Positions 13,331-27,320 of a stretch of 64,000 nt of DNA are shown one piece after another. Within the stretch, counting starts at the first letter, position 1. Each line of letters opens with the position of its first letter. The position numbers were made by a program, and so were the translations under genes. The notes beneath the pieces were generated by a model. That model was not told the DNA's origin and did no database searches. It was given only the letters and a program-made list of their open reading frames with translations. The stretch comes from Mobula hypostoma (taxonomy: Eukaryota), in contig NC_086108.1 in assembly GCF_963921235.1 (NCBI RefSeq), forward strand, positions 60,266,001 to 60,330,000. Reading direction: 5' to 3'.

Positions 13331-16300
13331 CAGCTGCAAGAAAAAGTTTGTGAATCCTTTGCAATTACCTGCTTTTCTGCATTAATAATTCATAAAATGT
13401 GGCCTGATCTTTATCTAAGTCACAATAATAGGCGAACACAATCTGCCTAAACTAATATCACAAACAGCTGTACTACTACTCATCAATAGTGAGTACATCA
13501 CTTAAACATTCACAGTCCAGGTTCAAAAAAGTGTGAATCTCTGGGAGTCAGGTGTTCCAATCAATGAGACTGAAGGTGTGGATTGTAGAGGTGCCCTACC
13601 CTATATAAAAAAAGACACACGAAGTCAGGTTACTGACAGAGCCTGCTCTTCTCAAGGAAGATCAATTTATGTGCACCATACCTCAATCAAAACAACTTTC
13701 AGAGGGCCTTAGAAGGAGCAGCTGGAAAAGGACACAAAAGCATTTCTAAAGACATGAGTGCTCATGAGTTTTCATTTATCCACAAGAAAAACACTAAAGA
13801 AGAATGGTGTTCGTGGGAGGACACTACAGAGGAAACCACTGCTCTCCAAAAGAAAAACTATTGCTGCACGTCTCAAGTTTGCAAACAACCACCTGGATAT
13901 TCCACAACACTTCTGGGAGAATGTTCTGTGGACAGATGAGACAAAAGTTCAACTTTTTGGCAGAAATACACACTGGTATGTTTTGAGGAAAAAGCGTACT
14001 GTACACCAATACCAAAACCTTAACCCAACCGTGAAGCATGGTGAAGGAGCATCATGGTTTGGGTCTGTTTTGCTGCCTCATGGCCTGGACAGCTTGCAAT
14101 CATTGAGGGAACAATGAATTTTAAATTGTATTAAGACATTTTACAGAAGAGTGTCAGGGTAATGGTCCATCACTTGAAGCTTAATAGAAGCTGGATGATG
14201 CAAGACAATGATCCTTGAAGACAGAAGTGGGTGAATTCATTATGGGGAACAAGGAAATGGCAGATGAGTTGAACAGGTACTTTGGATCTGTCTTCACTAG
14301 GGAAGACAAAAATAATCTCCCAGATGTAATAGTGGCCATAGGACCTAGGGTAATGGATGAATTGAAGGAAATTTATATTAGGCAGGAAATGGTGTTGGAT
14401 GGGCTGTTGGGTCTGAAGGCTGATTAAGTCCCCGGGACCTGATGGTCTGCATCCCAGGGTACTTAAGGAGGTGGCTTTAGAAATCATGGACGCATTGGTA
14501 ATCATTTTCCAATGTTCTATAGATTCAGGATCAGTTCCTGTGGATTGGAGGGTGGCTAATGTTGTCCCTCTCTTCAAGAAGGGAGGAAGAGAGAAAACAG
14601 GGAATTATAGACCAGTTAGCCTGACATCAGTGGTGGGAAAGATGCTGGAGTCAATTATAAAAGATGAAATTACGACACATCTGGATAGTAGTAACAGGAT
14701 TGGTCTGGGTCAGCATAGATTTACAAAGGGGAAATCGTGCTTGACTAATCTTCTGGAATTTTTTGAGGATGTAACTATGAAAATGGACAAGGGAGAGCCA
14801 GTGGATGTAGTGTACCAGGACTTTCAGAAAGCATTTGATAAAGTCCCACATAGGAGATTAGTGGGCAAAATTATGGCACATGGTATCGGGGGCAGAGTAC
14901 TGACATGGATTGAAAACTGGCTGACTGACAGAAAACGAAGAGTAGCGATTAACGGGTCCCTTTCGGAATAGCAGGCGGTGACCAGTGGGGTACCGCAGGG
15001 TTCAGCGCTGGGACTGCAGCTGTTTACAATATATATTAACGATTTAGATGAGGGAATTAAAAGTAACATTAGCAAATTTGCCGATGACACAAAGCTGGGT
15101 GGCAGTGTGAAATGTGAGGAGGATGTTATGAGAATGCAGGGTGACTTGGACAGGCTGGGTGAGTGGGCAGATGCAGTTTAATATGGATAAATGTGAGGTT
15201 ATCCACTTTGGTGGTAAGAATGGGAAGGCAGATTATTATCTAAATGGAGTCAAGTTAGGAAAAGGGGAAGCACAACGAGATCTAGGTGTTCTTGTACATC
15301 AGTCACTGAAAGCAAGCATGCAAGTACAGCAGGCAGTGAAGAAAGCTAATGGTTTGCTGGCCTTCATAACAAGGGGAGTTGAATACAAGAGCAAAGAGGT
15401 CCTTCTGCAGCTGTACAGGGCCCTGGTGAGACCACACCTGGAGTACTGTGTGCAGTTTTGGTCTCCAAATTTGAGGAAGGACATTCTTGCTATTGAGGGA
15501 GTGCAGCATAGGTTCACAAGGTTAATTCCCGGGATGGCGGGACTGTCATATGTCGAAAGACTGGAGCAACTGGGCTTGTATACTCTGGAATTTAGAAGGC
15601 TGAGAGGGGATCTTATTGAAACATATAAGATTATTAAGGGATTGGACACGCTGGAGGCAGAAAGCATATTCCCACTGATAGGTGAGTCCAGAACCAGAGG
15701 CCACAGTTTAAGAATTAGGGGTAGGCCATTTAGAATGGAGTTGAGGAAAAACTTTTTCACCCTGAGAGTGGTGGATATATGGAATGCTCTGCCCCAGAAG
15801 GCCGTGGAGGCCAAGTCTCTGGATGCTTTCAAAAAAAGAGATGGATAGAGCTCTTAAAGATAGCGGAATCAAAGGTTATGGGGATAAGGCAGGAACTGGA
15901 TACTGATTGTGGATGATCAGCTGTGATCACAGTGAATGGCGGTGCGGGCTCGAAGGGCCGAATGGCCTACTCCTGCACCTATTGTCTATTGTCTAAAACA
16001 CAAGAGGAAATCAACAACAGAACGGTTTAAAAAGAAGAAAATTCATGTTTTGTAATGGCCAAGTCAGAATCCAGACCTTAACCCAATTGAAATGCTGTGG
16101 CATGACCTGAAGAGGTCTGTTCAGGCAAAGTATCCCAGATATATTGATGAACTGCAATAGTTTTGTATGGAGGAATGGTCTAAAATTCCTCCACACCAAT
16201 GTGCAAGTCTGATCAGCAGCTACAGATGGAGGTATTAAATACAGGATTCACAAACTTTTTCCAGCCCGGACTATAAATGATTAAATGTTTTCAATAAAGA

Positions 16301-16448
16301 CATGAAAAGTACAACTGTTTGTGTATTAGTTTAGGCAGATTGTGTTTGTCTATTATTGTGACATAGATAAATATCAGACCACATTTTGCGTAATTAATGC
16401 AGAAAATCAGGTAACTGCAAAGGGTTCACAAACTTTTTCTTGCAACTG
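13331..16448 (+). mobile_element. Tc1/mariner DD34E transposon with about 200-bp IR/DR terminal repeats; defective, interrupted by a CR1
   Basis: Left end CAGCTGCAAGAAAAAGTTTGTGAA matches the reverse complement of the right end ...TTCACAAACTTTTTCTTGCAACTG|TA. An inner direct repeat AAAAAGT(T)TGTGAATC is present. Transposase motifs RKPLL..ARLKFA, VLWTDETK, PTVKHG, DNDP|KH and WPSQNPDLNPIE. Confidence 0.93.
14216..15995 (+). mobile_element. CR1 LINE, 5'-truncated and relatively young (ORF2 RT region plus 3' UTR)
   Basis: Motifs [64 protein letters not shown] with few disruptions. 3' tail (CTATTGT)n. Confidence 0.95.
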
Positions 16449-16538
16449 TATTTGGCATATTCCAAATTTACAATAAATTATTTGTTTTCTTCTGAGCCAT
16501 TATGTTTTCCATTATGCAGACACCGCGCATTTGCTTAC

Positions 16539-16684
16539 TTGTTTATTTAGTTCTGTGATGTTGGTCCATATTTTGCTAATTCCTTTGTCACCAGCATCTA
16601 GGTTAGTAAGATCCTTCTGGATTGCAAGAAGATCTTCATTTAACTTTGGAATGTCACTAAACGAGGCCTTTTGACTAGATTCCA
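16539..16684 (-). CDS. EFCAB14: EFCAB14 coding exon 3
   Basis: Acceptor gtttttgtccttgtag|TG, donor CAA|gtaagc, 146 nt, phase 1 to 0. Encodes ESSQKASFSDIPKLNEDLLAIQKDLTNLDAGDKGISKIWTNITELNKQ. Confidence 0.93.
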
Positions 16685-18589
16685 CTACAAGGACAAAAAC
16701 ATGTTTTAGTCTTAAAACTAAAATTTGAAGGAAGATCAAATGAAAAGCACAAGTCCAATGGAAAAGCTGATTTGCTCCATATCTATGCTCTCAAATATAT
16801 ATTCATGAAAGAAATGGAAAACCAGAGCAGTAGTGATTTGAGTGCAGGCTTTGATGGCACAAACTTTACATCTAAATACAAGAAAATAACTGAACATTAC
16901 AAAACCTACTTTAATCAGAATTACCAGGAGGGAAACTCGTTAATAGGGGCAAATACATTCCCATAAATGCTGCTTCTGACAACTTTGTTACTGCAGAAGA
17001 ATAAAGGTAATAGAAGGCTGAATGCAAAACCCTGTACGAACAAAACATACAGCAATCACTCATGACACTTTACATTGGCATTCATATTGTGAATGTGCCT
17101 ATTATTACTTAGGGCAGAAAGTAAAAGGAGGAGGATAGGGTTCACAATTTATCAGTCAACCACATAAATCACATTGAAGACATGTGTTGAAGTCAAGAGT
17201 TACTGCCAGCAATCAGTAAATAGAGCCATTTAGCTGGAACAAAAACAGTTGAAAAATTATTTAAAAGAGCAGTTGTACTTGTGTTCCTACCATCAGCAGA
17301 TGTGCAACTTAACCTCAGCAATTCTAAGTAATCACCACCCAACTATGATTGTGCTTTCCTAATTGCTTAATTTTTTTTAAATATAACTTTTGTGGGACAG
17401 AAGAGGGAAACTAGGGTCAGGTTAGGGTTTAGGGAAAAGGACATAGGCGAATTAAAGGTCAGGCTGGAGTCTAAGTCTTCGCTCCACGTCTGAAAACCAG
17501 GGATGCAGATTTGGGACATCAGACTAGAAGTGAGTGAACAAAGGCTCCCCCCTCCCCTTCCCGGGGTCAGTGAGTTGTTGACAGATTCTGGAGTCAGAGT
17601 TCCATGCAGAAAGAGGTAAGGAGTTCCAATGACCCCTCTGGGTTTACAAATGAGTAAGAACAGAGTGAGTCACAGGGTTCAGGGTCCTGGGATCATTGAG
17701 TCTGGAGTTCAAGACCTAGTATTCAGTGACTGGCGTGTCTTGGGATCGATGCTGAGAATTAAGACCCAAGAATCAATCAGAAGTCCGGAGGTCAAGGCCT
17801 GTTGGCCAGAGCTGAGTCTGCAAGTCGGATGAGGAGGCTGAAGCCTGATGTTTGCAGATCTGAGTCCGAGTCCACTGGAAACTGAAGGTTTGGGGCCAGA
17901 GGCCTGTCCTGGGTTTAAAGGACTGTGTTTATGCATGGGAACAGGGTTGTTTTTGCTGTTTTTGTCTTATTGTTTGTTGTGTTCTGTGTCCTTCTGCCAA
18001 GCATTGTGCGCATGCTATATTGCCACTGGAATGTGTGACAACACCCTCAGTGTACTGGTTGTTAATGCCAAACGACACATTTCAGTGTATGTTTCAATTT
18101 ACATGAGACAAACAAAACTGGAATCTTGCCAGTTATGACAATGGAATGTAACAAACATATAATATTTGATCAGTGCTTCCATTTGTGAAGGCAAAGAGTT
18201 AGTCCAGTTACTTTTGTAAAGCACTGAGTTTTGTATTTTGTATCTAAATAGATCAACTGCTGCAATGAATCATTACAGTTTCAAAGAGATTTTCTTATAT
18301 TCCAAACAGATCAAATTTTAAAAATATAAAATGGTGTCACAGCTCAATGACTGAAAATAGTGAAAATCAGCACAGCTATTATATTAAACTAATAATTGCC
18401 TTTCTCAGCAAGTAACAAAAACACAGCTTTACTCTGCTTTCTTTCAGCATGTCTATCAATTTACAATCCTTTTTATTCCCTGCAACCAAAATATCTTTTC
18501 CTCATTATTCTTCTCTATTTGTAACTGTCTACATACTACAAACTGCTCCACTGACTGTATATCTACCCCCAATTAGCTTGTTTCGTGAT

Positions 18590-18950
18590 TTAATGTGTAT
18601 AAGATGCTGAGAGACAGTGATCATGTGGATAGTCAGAGGCTTTTTCCCAGGACTGTAATGGCTAACACGAGAGGGCACAGTTTTAAGGTGCTTGGAAGTA
18701 GGTACAGAGGAGATGTCAGGGTTAAGATTAAAAAAAAACGCAGAGGGTGGTGAGTGCGTGGAATGGACTGTTGGCAATGGAGGCAGATGCGATAGGGTCT
18801 TTTAAGAGACTCCTGGATAGGTACATGGAGCTTAGAAAAATAGAGGGCTATGGGTAACCCTATGTAATTTCAAAAGTAAGTACATGTTTGGCACAACATT
18901 GTGGGCTAAAGGGCCTGTATTGTGCTGTAGGTTTTCTATGTTTTTAATGT
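18590..18950 (+). mobile_element. CR1 3' fragment
   Basis: TRGH..K and RVV.AWN region plus the tail GGGCCTGTATTGTGCTGTAGGTTTTCTATG. Confidence 0.8.
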
Positions 18951-20399
18951 ATCCAGCAACGGAATCTGTTCAACTCCCTGGTCAAGGCCAAGTAATAACT
19001 ATCATATTTTATAATAACAAAGACATTACATAACACTTGGATCACAAAACTGTACACCCTCCAATATCACAAAAGCTTTTCATAACTTCTGAATATAATT
19101 AAGTGTCCGCAAACCAATAACCCCTTTTCATAGTGTGTTTATTGTAATCTGGCAAGATAATGGACAATTCACACAAGGCAAGCTCCCACCAGCAAGTCTG
19201 ATAATGACTGTTTAATTGTATTTTGAGATTCTGAAAAAAGCTGGCCATGACTTTAAAATCACATCCCACAACTTTCATCATGTTTAATTGTCACTGAACC
19301 ACACACAGAAGTAAAGCCAAAGGAAACAAGTGTACCTCTGGGACCAAAGTACAATGCACAATACCAACAGTCATACACAGCACACAGCATATATAGCACA
19401 TATAATTATGATTTTTAAAATTCCTAAGGCAATATTTTAAAATATGCACATGTGGGGGAGAAAAGACCTCACAGGGGGTGGGGGGGGGATTGTTGCTCAC
19501 TGCTGCTTACGTGCGGGGGGACTTTTGGGTTCACACGTTTAACTGTCGTTCATTCTTTGGGGCACTTCTCTGTTTTTGTGGATGTTTGCTAAGTACTTCG
19601 GGATGTATATTGTATACATTTCTCTGACATTAAATTGGTCCTTTGAACCTTTAATGTTGCGCCTAAAGATGGGCTTTCCTAACTGTACAATACTCTCTAA
19701 GTACTGCAATGCAGCATCCAACTGTAATGCAGTGAAACTTCAGACTATTGTAAAATGAGGCTCGAACCCACTGACGTTTGACTCGGAGGCAAAATGCTAC
19801 ATGTTTATTAACAGATTTCATATTTATCCAGTCAGACACTGTATTCACACCAACAGTTTAACCTCAATGAAGGAACCAGATGAATAAAAAAATACATTTC
19901 TAAACAGACCATAAAATATGCTTGTACAATTCATAAGTTCCCAAAAACAAACAACACAACAAACAGCCAATCCGTTTAGGCAAATGTTAAATATGGGATA
20001 AATCTTGACTAAGACTAGGAATAGCATATTATTCAAATTTATTTAAGGATGGTGAGCAGGGCCTTAAATTTTAATGCCTTATGTGAAAGCTGGAGGCTCG
20101 GACAGTATCATTCTCAAACTGTTATGCTGGATGTAAGCCTTAGTTTTTGTATGCAATTCTCTGCAATGAGACTTGAACACTTGACCAATTCTGATTTAAC
20201 CAGAAAAGATCACAAGATCTCACATGCCGGTACTCAGCTTTGCCGGATCCAGAACCTGGAAATTTTGTGAACCAGTACCTGCTAAGAAAACAGGCCTACA
20301 CATTGTAGAGCGTTATAAGCAAATTCTTAATAAATAAATCAGGGAGTGAAATTTTGGATTAGGTCTCCAATGGTAAAGAATCCTCTGAAATGTAACCCC

Positions 20400-21360
20400 T
20401 ATTTAGAGCCCCATGAAACTATTTAGAGCCCATCGTAATCTCGTTAAAACATAACACGGGGTGACGGGATCAGTACGTGTACTCAGTATTGAGTTTACAA
20501 CCACCATGTACAAAAGATTAAAACGAATGTGATATGATGCTGGCTTCAAGCTGAAGGTTGTTGATTTTGCTAAGAAAAGAATAATTCTGCAGCTGCTAAG
20601 AAGTTTAGTGTAAATGAGAAACAAGTGAGAGAGTGGAGAAAGGCATAGGACACGCTGAGGGAAATGCCAAAGACGAATGTGCAAACCGCGGGAAAACATG
20701 CCAGTGGCCAGAACTGGAAGAAAAAATTTTTTAGAGTGGGTGAATCACCAGCGATCGTCTGGATACGTTGTTACCAGAGAAATGATTCGCGATTAAGCCT
20801 TGAAATGGGCCGAAAAACACCGTGAGGTTAGTGAAAATTTCAAAGCTATGCAAAGTTGGTGCACCCGATTTATGAACAGACGTGATCTTGTGTTGAGACA
20901 AAAAACAAAGATTGCTCAGAGAATTCCCGCAGGATGCTGTTGATTACGTCCAAAACGCTGCTGGATGGACAAAGCGGGTTGCTTGAAGTGGGTTAAAAAG
21001 GTGTGGCGTCAATGTCCTGAAGGTTTTGGAAAGGAAAAGTCATTACTTGTCTGGGACATGTTCAAACCGCACTTGTCAGGTGAGACAAAAGCAGCATTGA
21101 AAGCTGAAGATACGGACACTGCAGTCATCCCCGGTGGTTTGATGTCCGTGCTCCAGCCACTAGATGCAAGTTTAAACAAACCGTTCAAAGAATTCATGCG
21201 TCGACAGTGAAACGAATTTGACTCAAAAATAGCTAATAAATATGACCTGTCTTCCGTGTATTCGTTTTTCCAAACTTGGCACCCTCTTCATAAGCCAACC
21301 CCCTAATTTTAGGACCAAAACTTAGGGCCAAATTCTCAGCTTATACACCGGAATTTAGGG
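20400..21360 (+). mobile_element. pogo-family (POGK-like) DNA transposon remnant, internally deleted
   Basis: Brinker-like DBD YDAGFKLKVV..AAAKKFSVNEKQVREWRK, CENP-B HTH WPELEE..FKAMQSWCTRFMNR, and DDE_1 WMD..SLLVWDMFKPH..IPGG..LQPLDASLNKPFK. Right end ...CTTATACACCGGAATTTAGGG|TA. Left TIR not found. Confidence 0.85.
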
Positions 21361-21489
21361 TAATTTATTTGGTTTGGCACAACATTGTGTGCCAAAGGGC
21401 CTGTTCCTGTGCTGTTCCAAGTACGTACTTTGATAATAAATTTACTTTGAACTTTGACGACATGAATAACAAGTTCTCTAACTTACTGT

Positions 21490-21870
21490 ATTGCTCCTCC
21501 TCCATCCTTCTCTTTTTCCATTCATCATTCTGGTTACCCTCTTCTCCTCAGCTGCCCATCACACTTTCTGGTTCCTTCCTCTTTCCATTTCTTCCCTGAG
21601 CCACTTCCACCTATCCCCCCTCCCAGTTTCTTATTTCATCCCTCCTTGCCCCATCCACCCACCTTTCCCCTCATTTGGTCTCACCTATCACCTGCCTGCT
21701 TCCCTTCCCCCCACCTTCTTTATTTGGCTTCTGCCCCCTTCCTCTACAATCCTGAAACAGGCCCAAAACATAGACAATTTATTCCCCTCCATAGATGCCA
21801 CCTGACTCGCTGAGCTCTTCCACTATTTTGTGTGTGTTATTCCAGATTTCCAGCAACTGCAGAATCTCAT
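21490..21870 (+). repeat. Penelope-derived short repeat; copies also near 6345-6580, 22495-22590, 25990-26180, 30730-30880, 47070-47220, 55980-56120, 56540-57030 and 62800-62890
   Basis: Recurrent motif TCCATAGATGCTGCCTGxCCTGCTGAGTTCCTCCAGCATTTTGTGTG, shared with the end of the 47826-48480 Penelope fragment. Confidence 0.75.
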
Positions 21871-23779
21871 GTGTTTAGGACAATTAGGTTTTGATTAGCA
21901 TATCAAGGAAATAGTTTTCCTTTAACCATGACCAAACGTTCCTTCCATTTCGCTCATTCAGAGAAAAACACCACAGCCTAGTTTCCCCTCATAACAATAA
22001 TTCTCCGACCTCAGTAGCACCTTCATAGGTCCTCTGAACTCCTCCAATACTAATGTATTTGTGTAATATGGTGTCCAAAACAGTACACATACAAACATGA
22101 TACAAACTGAAGTCAAAGTTAATGTTTTTATACTATGATGTCCATGCTCATGTCCTGTACTTCAACCAATAAAGGCTAGCATGCTACAGGCCTTAACTAC
22201 CCATCTACCTTTCCCACTACTTTCAAATATTTGTGAACTTGCACTATAGATTCCCACTGATTCTCCATACTTTTAAGTATCCTATTAATCATGAATTTCC
22301 TAGCCATTTTTGCTCACCTCATTTGTTATTCCAGAAAGTAGGCCATTCATACCATTGCATCTATAGCGGCTCTCAGAAATCTCATTCCCCTAGTTATTTC
22401 CATCTAACCTAACCCTTCTCATTTGACAATCAAATCTACCTGATTCTACCACCCACCTGCTCCCTGGATTATTAAAATCAGCCAATTGACCAACACACAC
22501 ACACACACACAACGCTGTGGAGGAACTCAACAAGCCAGGCAGCATCTATGGAAAAAAGTACAGTTGACATTTCGGGCTGAGACCCTTAGCACATCCTGAA
22601 GCTGTGGGAGAAAACCACAGCATGTTGGAGAAACCCATGCAATCACAAAATTTGATGATTTAACCAGGCTGCCGGAGCTGCCCGGCAGCACAGGTAATTT
22701 GTGTAAAACTACGCCACTATCACATATTATTGCTTTTATGTAGAGATACAACATGGTAACAGGCCCTCCTGGCCCAACAAGCCAGTGCCATCCAATTACA
22801 CTCATGTGACCAATCAGCCCACTTGTCTGTGGAGTACCAGAGGAAGCCCGAGTACCCGGGGAAGCCCATACTGTCACAGGGGAACATGTATACTCCTTGC
22901 AGACAGCGGCAGAATTGAACCCGAGTAGCTGGTGCTGCAACAGCTGACCTACGGAGGTGCAATTTTTTTCTCCCACAGGCTGGAGAATCTAATCTAGCTA
23001 CAGACCTATTCCTTATCTTAATGCTTTCAGTATTTCTACCAACTGATGCTCAATATAGAGGATTACTGTCTCTAGCTGATAAGCTTGAAGTAGATGGCAA
23101 TCTGGAGGATACCTTAACTTTTTTTTAACATGACAGAACAAAAAAATGCTGAGATCCAGTGTCAATTCTGAAAGCTTATGTGTATGGACAACGAAACATG
23201 CATGCTGTCCCTTTTACTTGTCAATCTAATGGGACTGGAAGACCCCATCAACCAAGGACAATTATTGCTGAAAAGGATATTTCGACACAACTGACAGCTT
23301 AGCCTCTTGTTTGTCTGAACTGTGGAACAACACTAGCTATTCTTGTCACATTCCCAATGGTAATGAAGTGGTTCAGCAGGATCGCCCAGGTTAGTGTGCC
23401 TGCCTTCTCCAAATTAAGTATTTAGGTCAATGGTGGTCTGTTCAGTTTTAAGATAATCGCACTTCCTTGGAGAAGGTGAAAAGTTCACCATTTCCATGGA
23501 CTGTTAAAACATGGGTAAAATGGCAGATTTACTTCTCTGAAGAACTACATGGGGTTTTTACAGCATTTTATTCCATGCTCATTTCATTAACTGAATGTAG
23601 AACATCCAGCTGCCATGGACATAATTTGAATGTATCTGCAGCTCATTAATTCAAGACTCTGAATTTCCAGTGTATTAGAGGGTTTGGACCTCAACCATCA
23701 ACCCCATTTCAAGTTCCAAATCTATGCCACTTAGCTGGAAATCTTTATATTCATCCCCCTGTATAATCCTTCTACATAG

Positions 23780-25890
23780 AACAGTACAGCACAGGAACAG
23801 ACTCTTCAGCCCACAATGTTGTGCAAATCAATTCAATTCATTAAATGGCCAACTAAACTAATCCCTTCTGCCTACATAATGTTCATATCCTTTCATTTTC
23901 CTCACATTCATATGCCTAGAAGTCCCTAGTATATCTACCTCCACCACCACCCAGGCAGTGCATTCCAGGAAACCATCACTGTGTTGTGTAAAAATCTTGC
24001 CCCTCACATCTTCTTTGAAATTACCCTCTAGTATCAGATATTTCAGAACTGGAAAATAGATACTATCTTGTCCATCTATGCCTCTCATAATCTTATAAAC
24101 CTCTATCAGAACGTCCCTCCATCACTTTACAGTAAAGAACCCAAATCTGTCCTACCTCTTTTTATAGCACATGCCCACTAATCCAGACAGCATCCTGGTA
24201 AACCGCCTCTGCACCTTCCCCAAAGCCTCAACATCCTTCTCTAATGGGGCAACCAGAACCATATGCAATACTCCAGATGTGGCTTCGCCAGAGTTTTATA
24301 AAGCTACAATATAACTTTCTGCCCTTTGCACTCAATGCCTCAAGCATGCCATATGTCTTCTTAACCACCCTATCAACCTGTGTAGCCACTTTCAGAGAGC
24401 TATGAACGTAGACCACAAGATCCCTCTGCTCATCAATACTGCTAAGGGTCTTACCCTTAACAGTGTACTCTCTCTTTACATTTGATCTGCCAAGATGCAA
24501 AATAGCACATTTGTTCAGGTTAAACTCATCTGCCCATATCTGCAAACAATTCATATCCTGTTTTATTCTTTGCCAGTCTAAGTTATCCATAACACAAATC
24601 TTCATATAATCGGCAAATTTATCCACCCATCTGTATTTTCAACCAGATGTTTTATATACATCACAGACAGCAGAGGACCTAGTACAGATCCCTATGGAAC
24701 AGCACTAATCACAGACCTCCAGTTCGAACAAGTCCCTGCAACCAGCACTCTCTGTCTTCATTGAGTAAGCCAACTCTAAATCCAAATGGCTGATTCAGCA
24801 TTGATCCCTTGCATCTTAATTTTCTGGATGAACCTTGTCAAACGCCTTACTAAAATCCATGTAGACAAAGATAGAGCGGTGGATGTTGTTTACCCATCAC
24901 TTTTGTCACCTCGTCAATAAGACTCAATCAAATTAGTAAGACACAATACAATGTCATGCTGACTCTCCCCAATTAAGGCATAGTTTTTCAAATGCTCATA
25001 TCCCTAAGATTCTCTCCAGAAACTTCCCAACCACAGACACGAGATTCACGAGTTTAGTTTCCAGGATTATCGCTGGTTCCCTTCTTGAATAATGAAACAA
25101 TATTAGCTACTTGCCAGTCCTCCGGGACCTTGTCTGTGGCTAGAGGACATGAAGATAATTTATCAAAGCCCCAGAAATCTTTTCTCTTGCCTTCTCAATA
25201 ACCAGATGTATATCCTATCAGGCCTTGGGAGCTTATCCACCTTAATATTCTATAATGGACCCAAAACTATCTCCTTCTTTACCTTAAAACGCCCTAGCAT
25301 ATCAATACGCTCGGCACTGATCTCCCTACCTGCCACATCCTTTGCCTTGGTAAATATTGATATAAAGTACTCATTAAGGACCTCACCCACATCCAAGACA
25401 TGTTTCTCCCCCCCCCACTTTATCCTTGAGTGGTCCTACCCTCTCCGTACTTATTTGCTTCCTCTTGATACGTGTATAGAATTCTCTATAATCCTACTTC
25501 CCAAGGACATTACATGACCCTCCTGACACATAATTCCCTTCAGTTCTTTTCTGACTTCTTTATAATCCTCAAGGGCTCCATTTGATTCTGGTTTCTGAAG
25601 CGTTACACACTTTTCTTTTTTTTTAAATTCTGGATTAACTTCATCACCTCCCTCGACATCCAAGGTTCTCTTACCTTACTATCCTTGTCCTTCCTTCTGA
25701 CTGGAACATACCTGTCCTGTACTCTGTGCTGTGGTACTTTAACACCCTCCACACGTCCGATGTGGATTTGCCCCAAATCATTTGTTTCCAATTAAATCTT
25801 CCCTAGTTCCTGCCAAGTACACTCATAATTTGCCCTGCTCCAAGATAATACTCTCCCGCAAGGTCCATACTTATCCTTATCTGTAGCTAA
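23780..25890 (-). mobile_element. CR1 LINE, about 2.1 kb, degenerate
   Basis: ORF remnants KFADYMKI, DEFNLNKCAILH, HSSLKVATQVDRVVKK and YVPVRRKDK..REPWMSR. Confidence 0.85.
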
Positions 25891-26284
25891 CTTCAAAACT
25901 TACCATAAACCCATTGACTATACAGCCTGTAATTAGAAAGCTTGAACTAAAATTAATATTCTAGTCAAAATAATATTTAAATAAAAGTTCAGCAGGAACT
26001 CAGCAAGCCAAGCAGCATATATGGAAAAGAGTAAACAGTTGACATTTCGGTCCAAGACCCTTCTTCAGGCCTGAAAGGTCGATTATTTACTCTTTTCCAT
26101 AGATGGCGTGGCCTGCTGAGTTCCTCCAGCATTTTATGTGCATTGCTTGGATTTTCAGCATCTGCAGATTTTCTCGTTTGTGAAAAAGTTTAGCAGGGTT
26201 TACTTCTGAAGAAACTCACCACTTTAGTCTACCTATCTGGAATTTAATATCTTAATTTCCCTACAGGCTTTTATTTTAGTTTTT

Positions 26285-27320
26285 GACATTCAACTCTATC
26301 ATCCCCTCAAAACTTACCACTAAGCTGCAAAACCTGGGTTTCTGTACCTCTGTGTAACTGGATCCTCAATTTCCTCACTGGCAGAATCCAGTTCGTATGG
26401 ATTAGTAATAACATCTCCTTTATACTCATCATCAGCACAGGTGCATCACAGGGCTGTGTTCTGCTCTAATCACTCTGTATTTATGACTGTGAGGATAAGT
26501 ACAGCTCCAAAGCTCTACTTAAGTTAGCTGACAACAAACACCACTGTATTTTGCCAAATCTAAGGTGATGATGAATCAGCACATAGGAAGAGATTAAAAA
26601 TCCAGTTGAGTGGTGCCACAACAACCACCTCTCACTCAACATCAACAAAACCAAAGAGCTGATTATCAACTACAGGAGGAAGAATCCAGAGGTTCACGAG
26701 CCAGTCCTCATTCGGGGAATGGAGATGAAGAGGATGAGTAGCTTCAAATTCCTTGATGTTAACAGATCAGAGGATCCATCCCAGAACAATCACAAAGAAG
26801 GCATGACAACATCTTCTAAGAACACTTTCTTAGAAGTTTCTGCAAACTTAGCTTGTCACCAAAAACTTTGACAAACCTCTATAGATGTACAATGCAGAGT
26901 ATCACAGCCTGCTATGGAACCACCAATGCCCTCAACAGAAAAGGCTACAGAAAGTGGTGAATGCAGCCTAGTCCATCACAGGCAAAGCCCTCCCCAACAT
27001 AGAGTACATTACATGGAGTGCTGCCACAAGAAAGGAGCAACAATCATTAAAGATTCCCACCAACCAGGCCAAGCCTGCGTCTCACTACTACCATCAGGCA
27101 AGAGGTACACAAGCCTTAGGATCCACAACAGCAGGTTCAGGGACAGTTATTACCCTATAACAATAGGCTCCTGAATTGGAGAGGATAACTTCACTCACCA
27201 CAATGAGGAGCTGATTTTATAACCTCCAGACTCATTTTTCCTGTAAATGCCCACAATAAAACTGAATCTCAAGGTGGTATATGGTAACATATACATACTT
27301 TGATAATAAATTTACTTTGA
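26285..27320 (+). mobile_element. Rex1/Babar-type LINE 3' fragment
   Basis: LCNWIL.FLT, STGA.QGCV, LSLNINKTKELII, and SLLPSGKRY.SL..RFRDSYYP; tail AATAAATTTACTTTGAAC. Confidence 0.85.

Noticed and set aside
15299..15832. 177-aa antisense ORF
   Set aside because: Antisense shadow of CR1 ORF2.
17411..17433. Telomere-like TAGGG/TTAGGG units
   Set aside because: Only 3-4 degenerate units; not an interstitial telomeric array.
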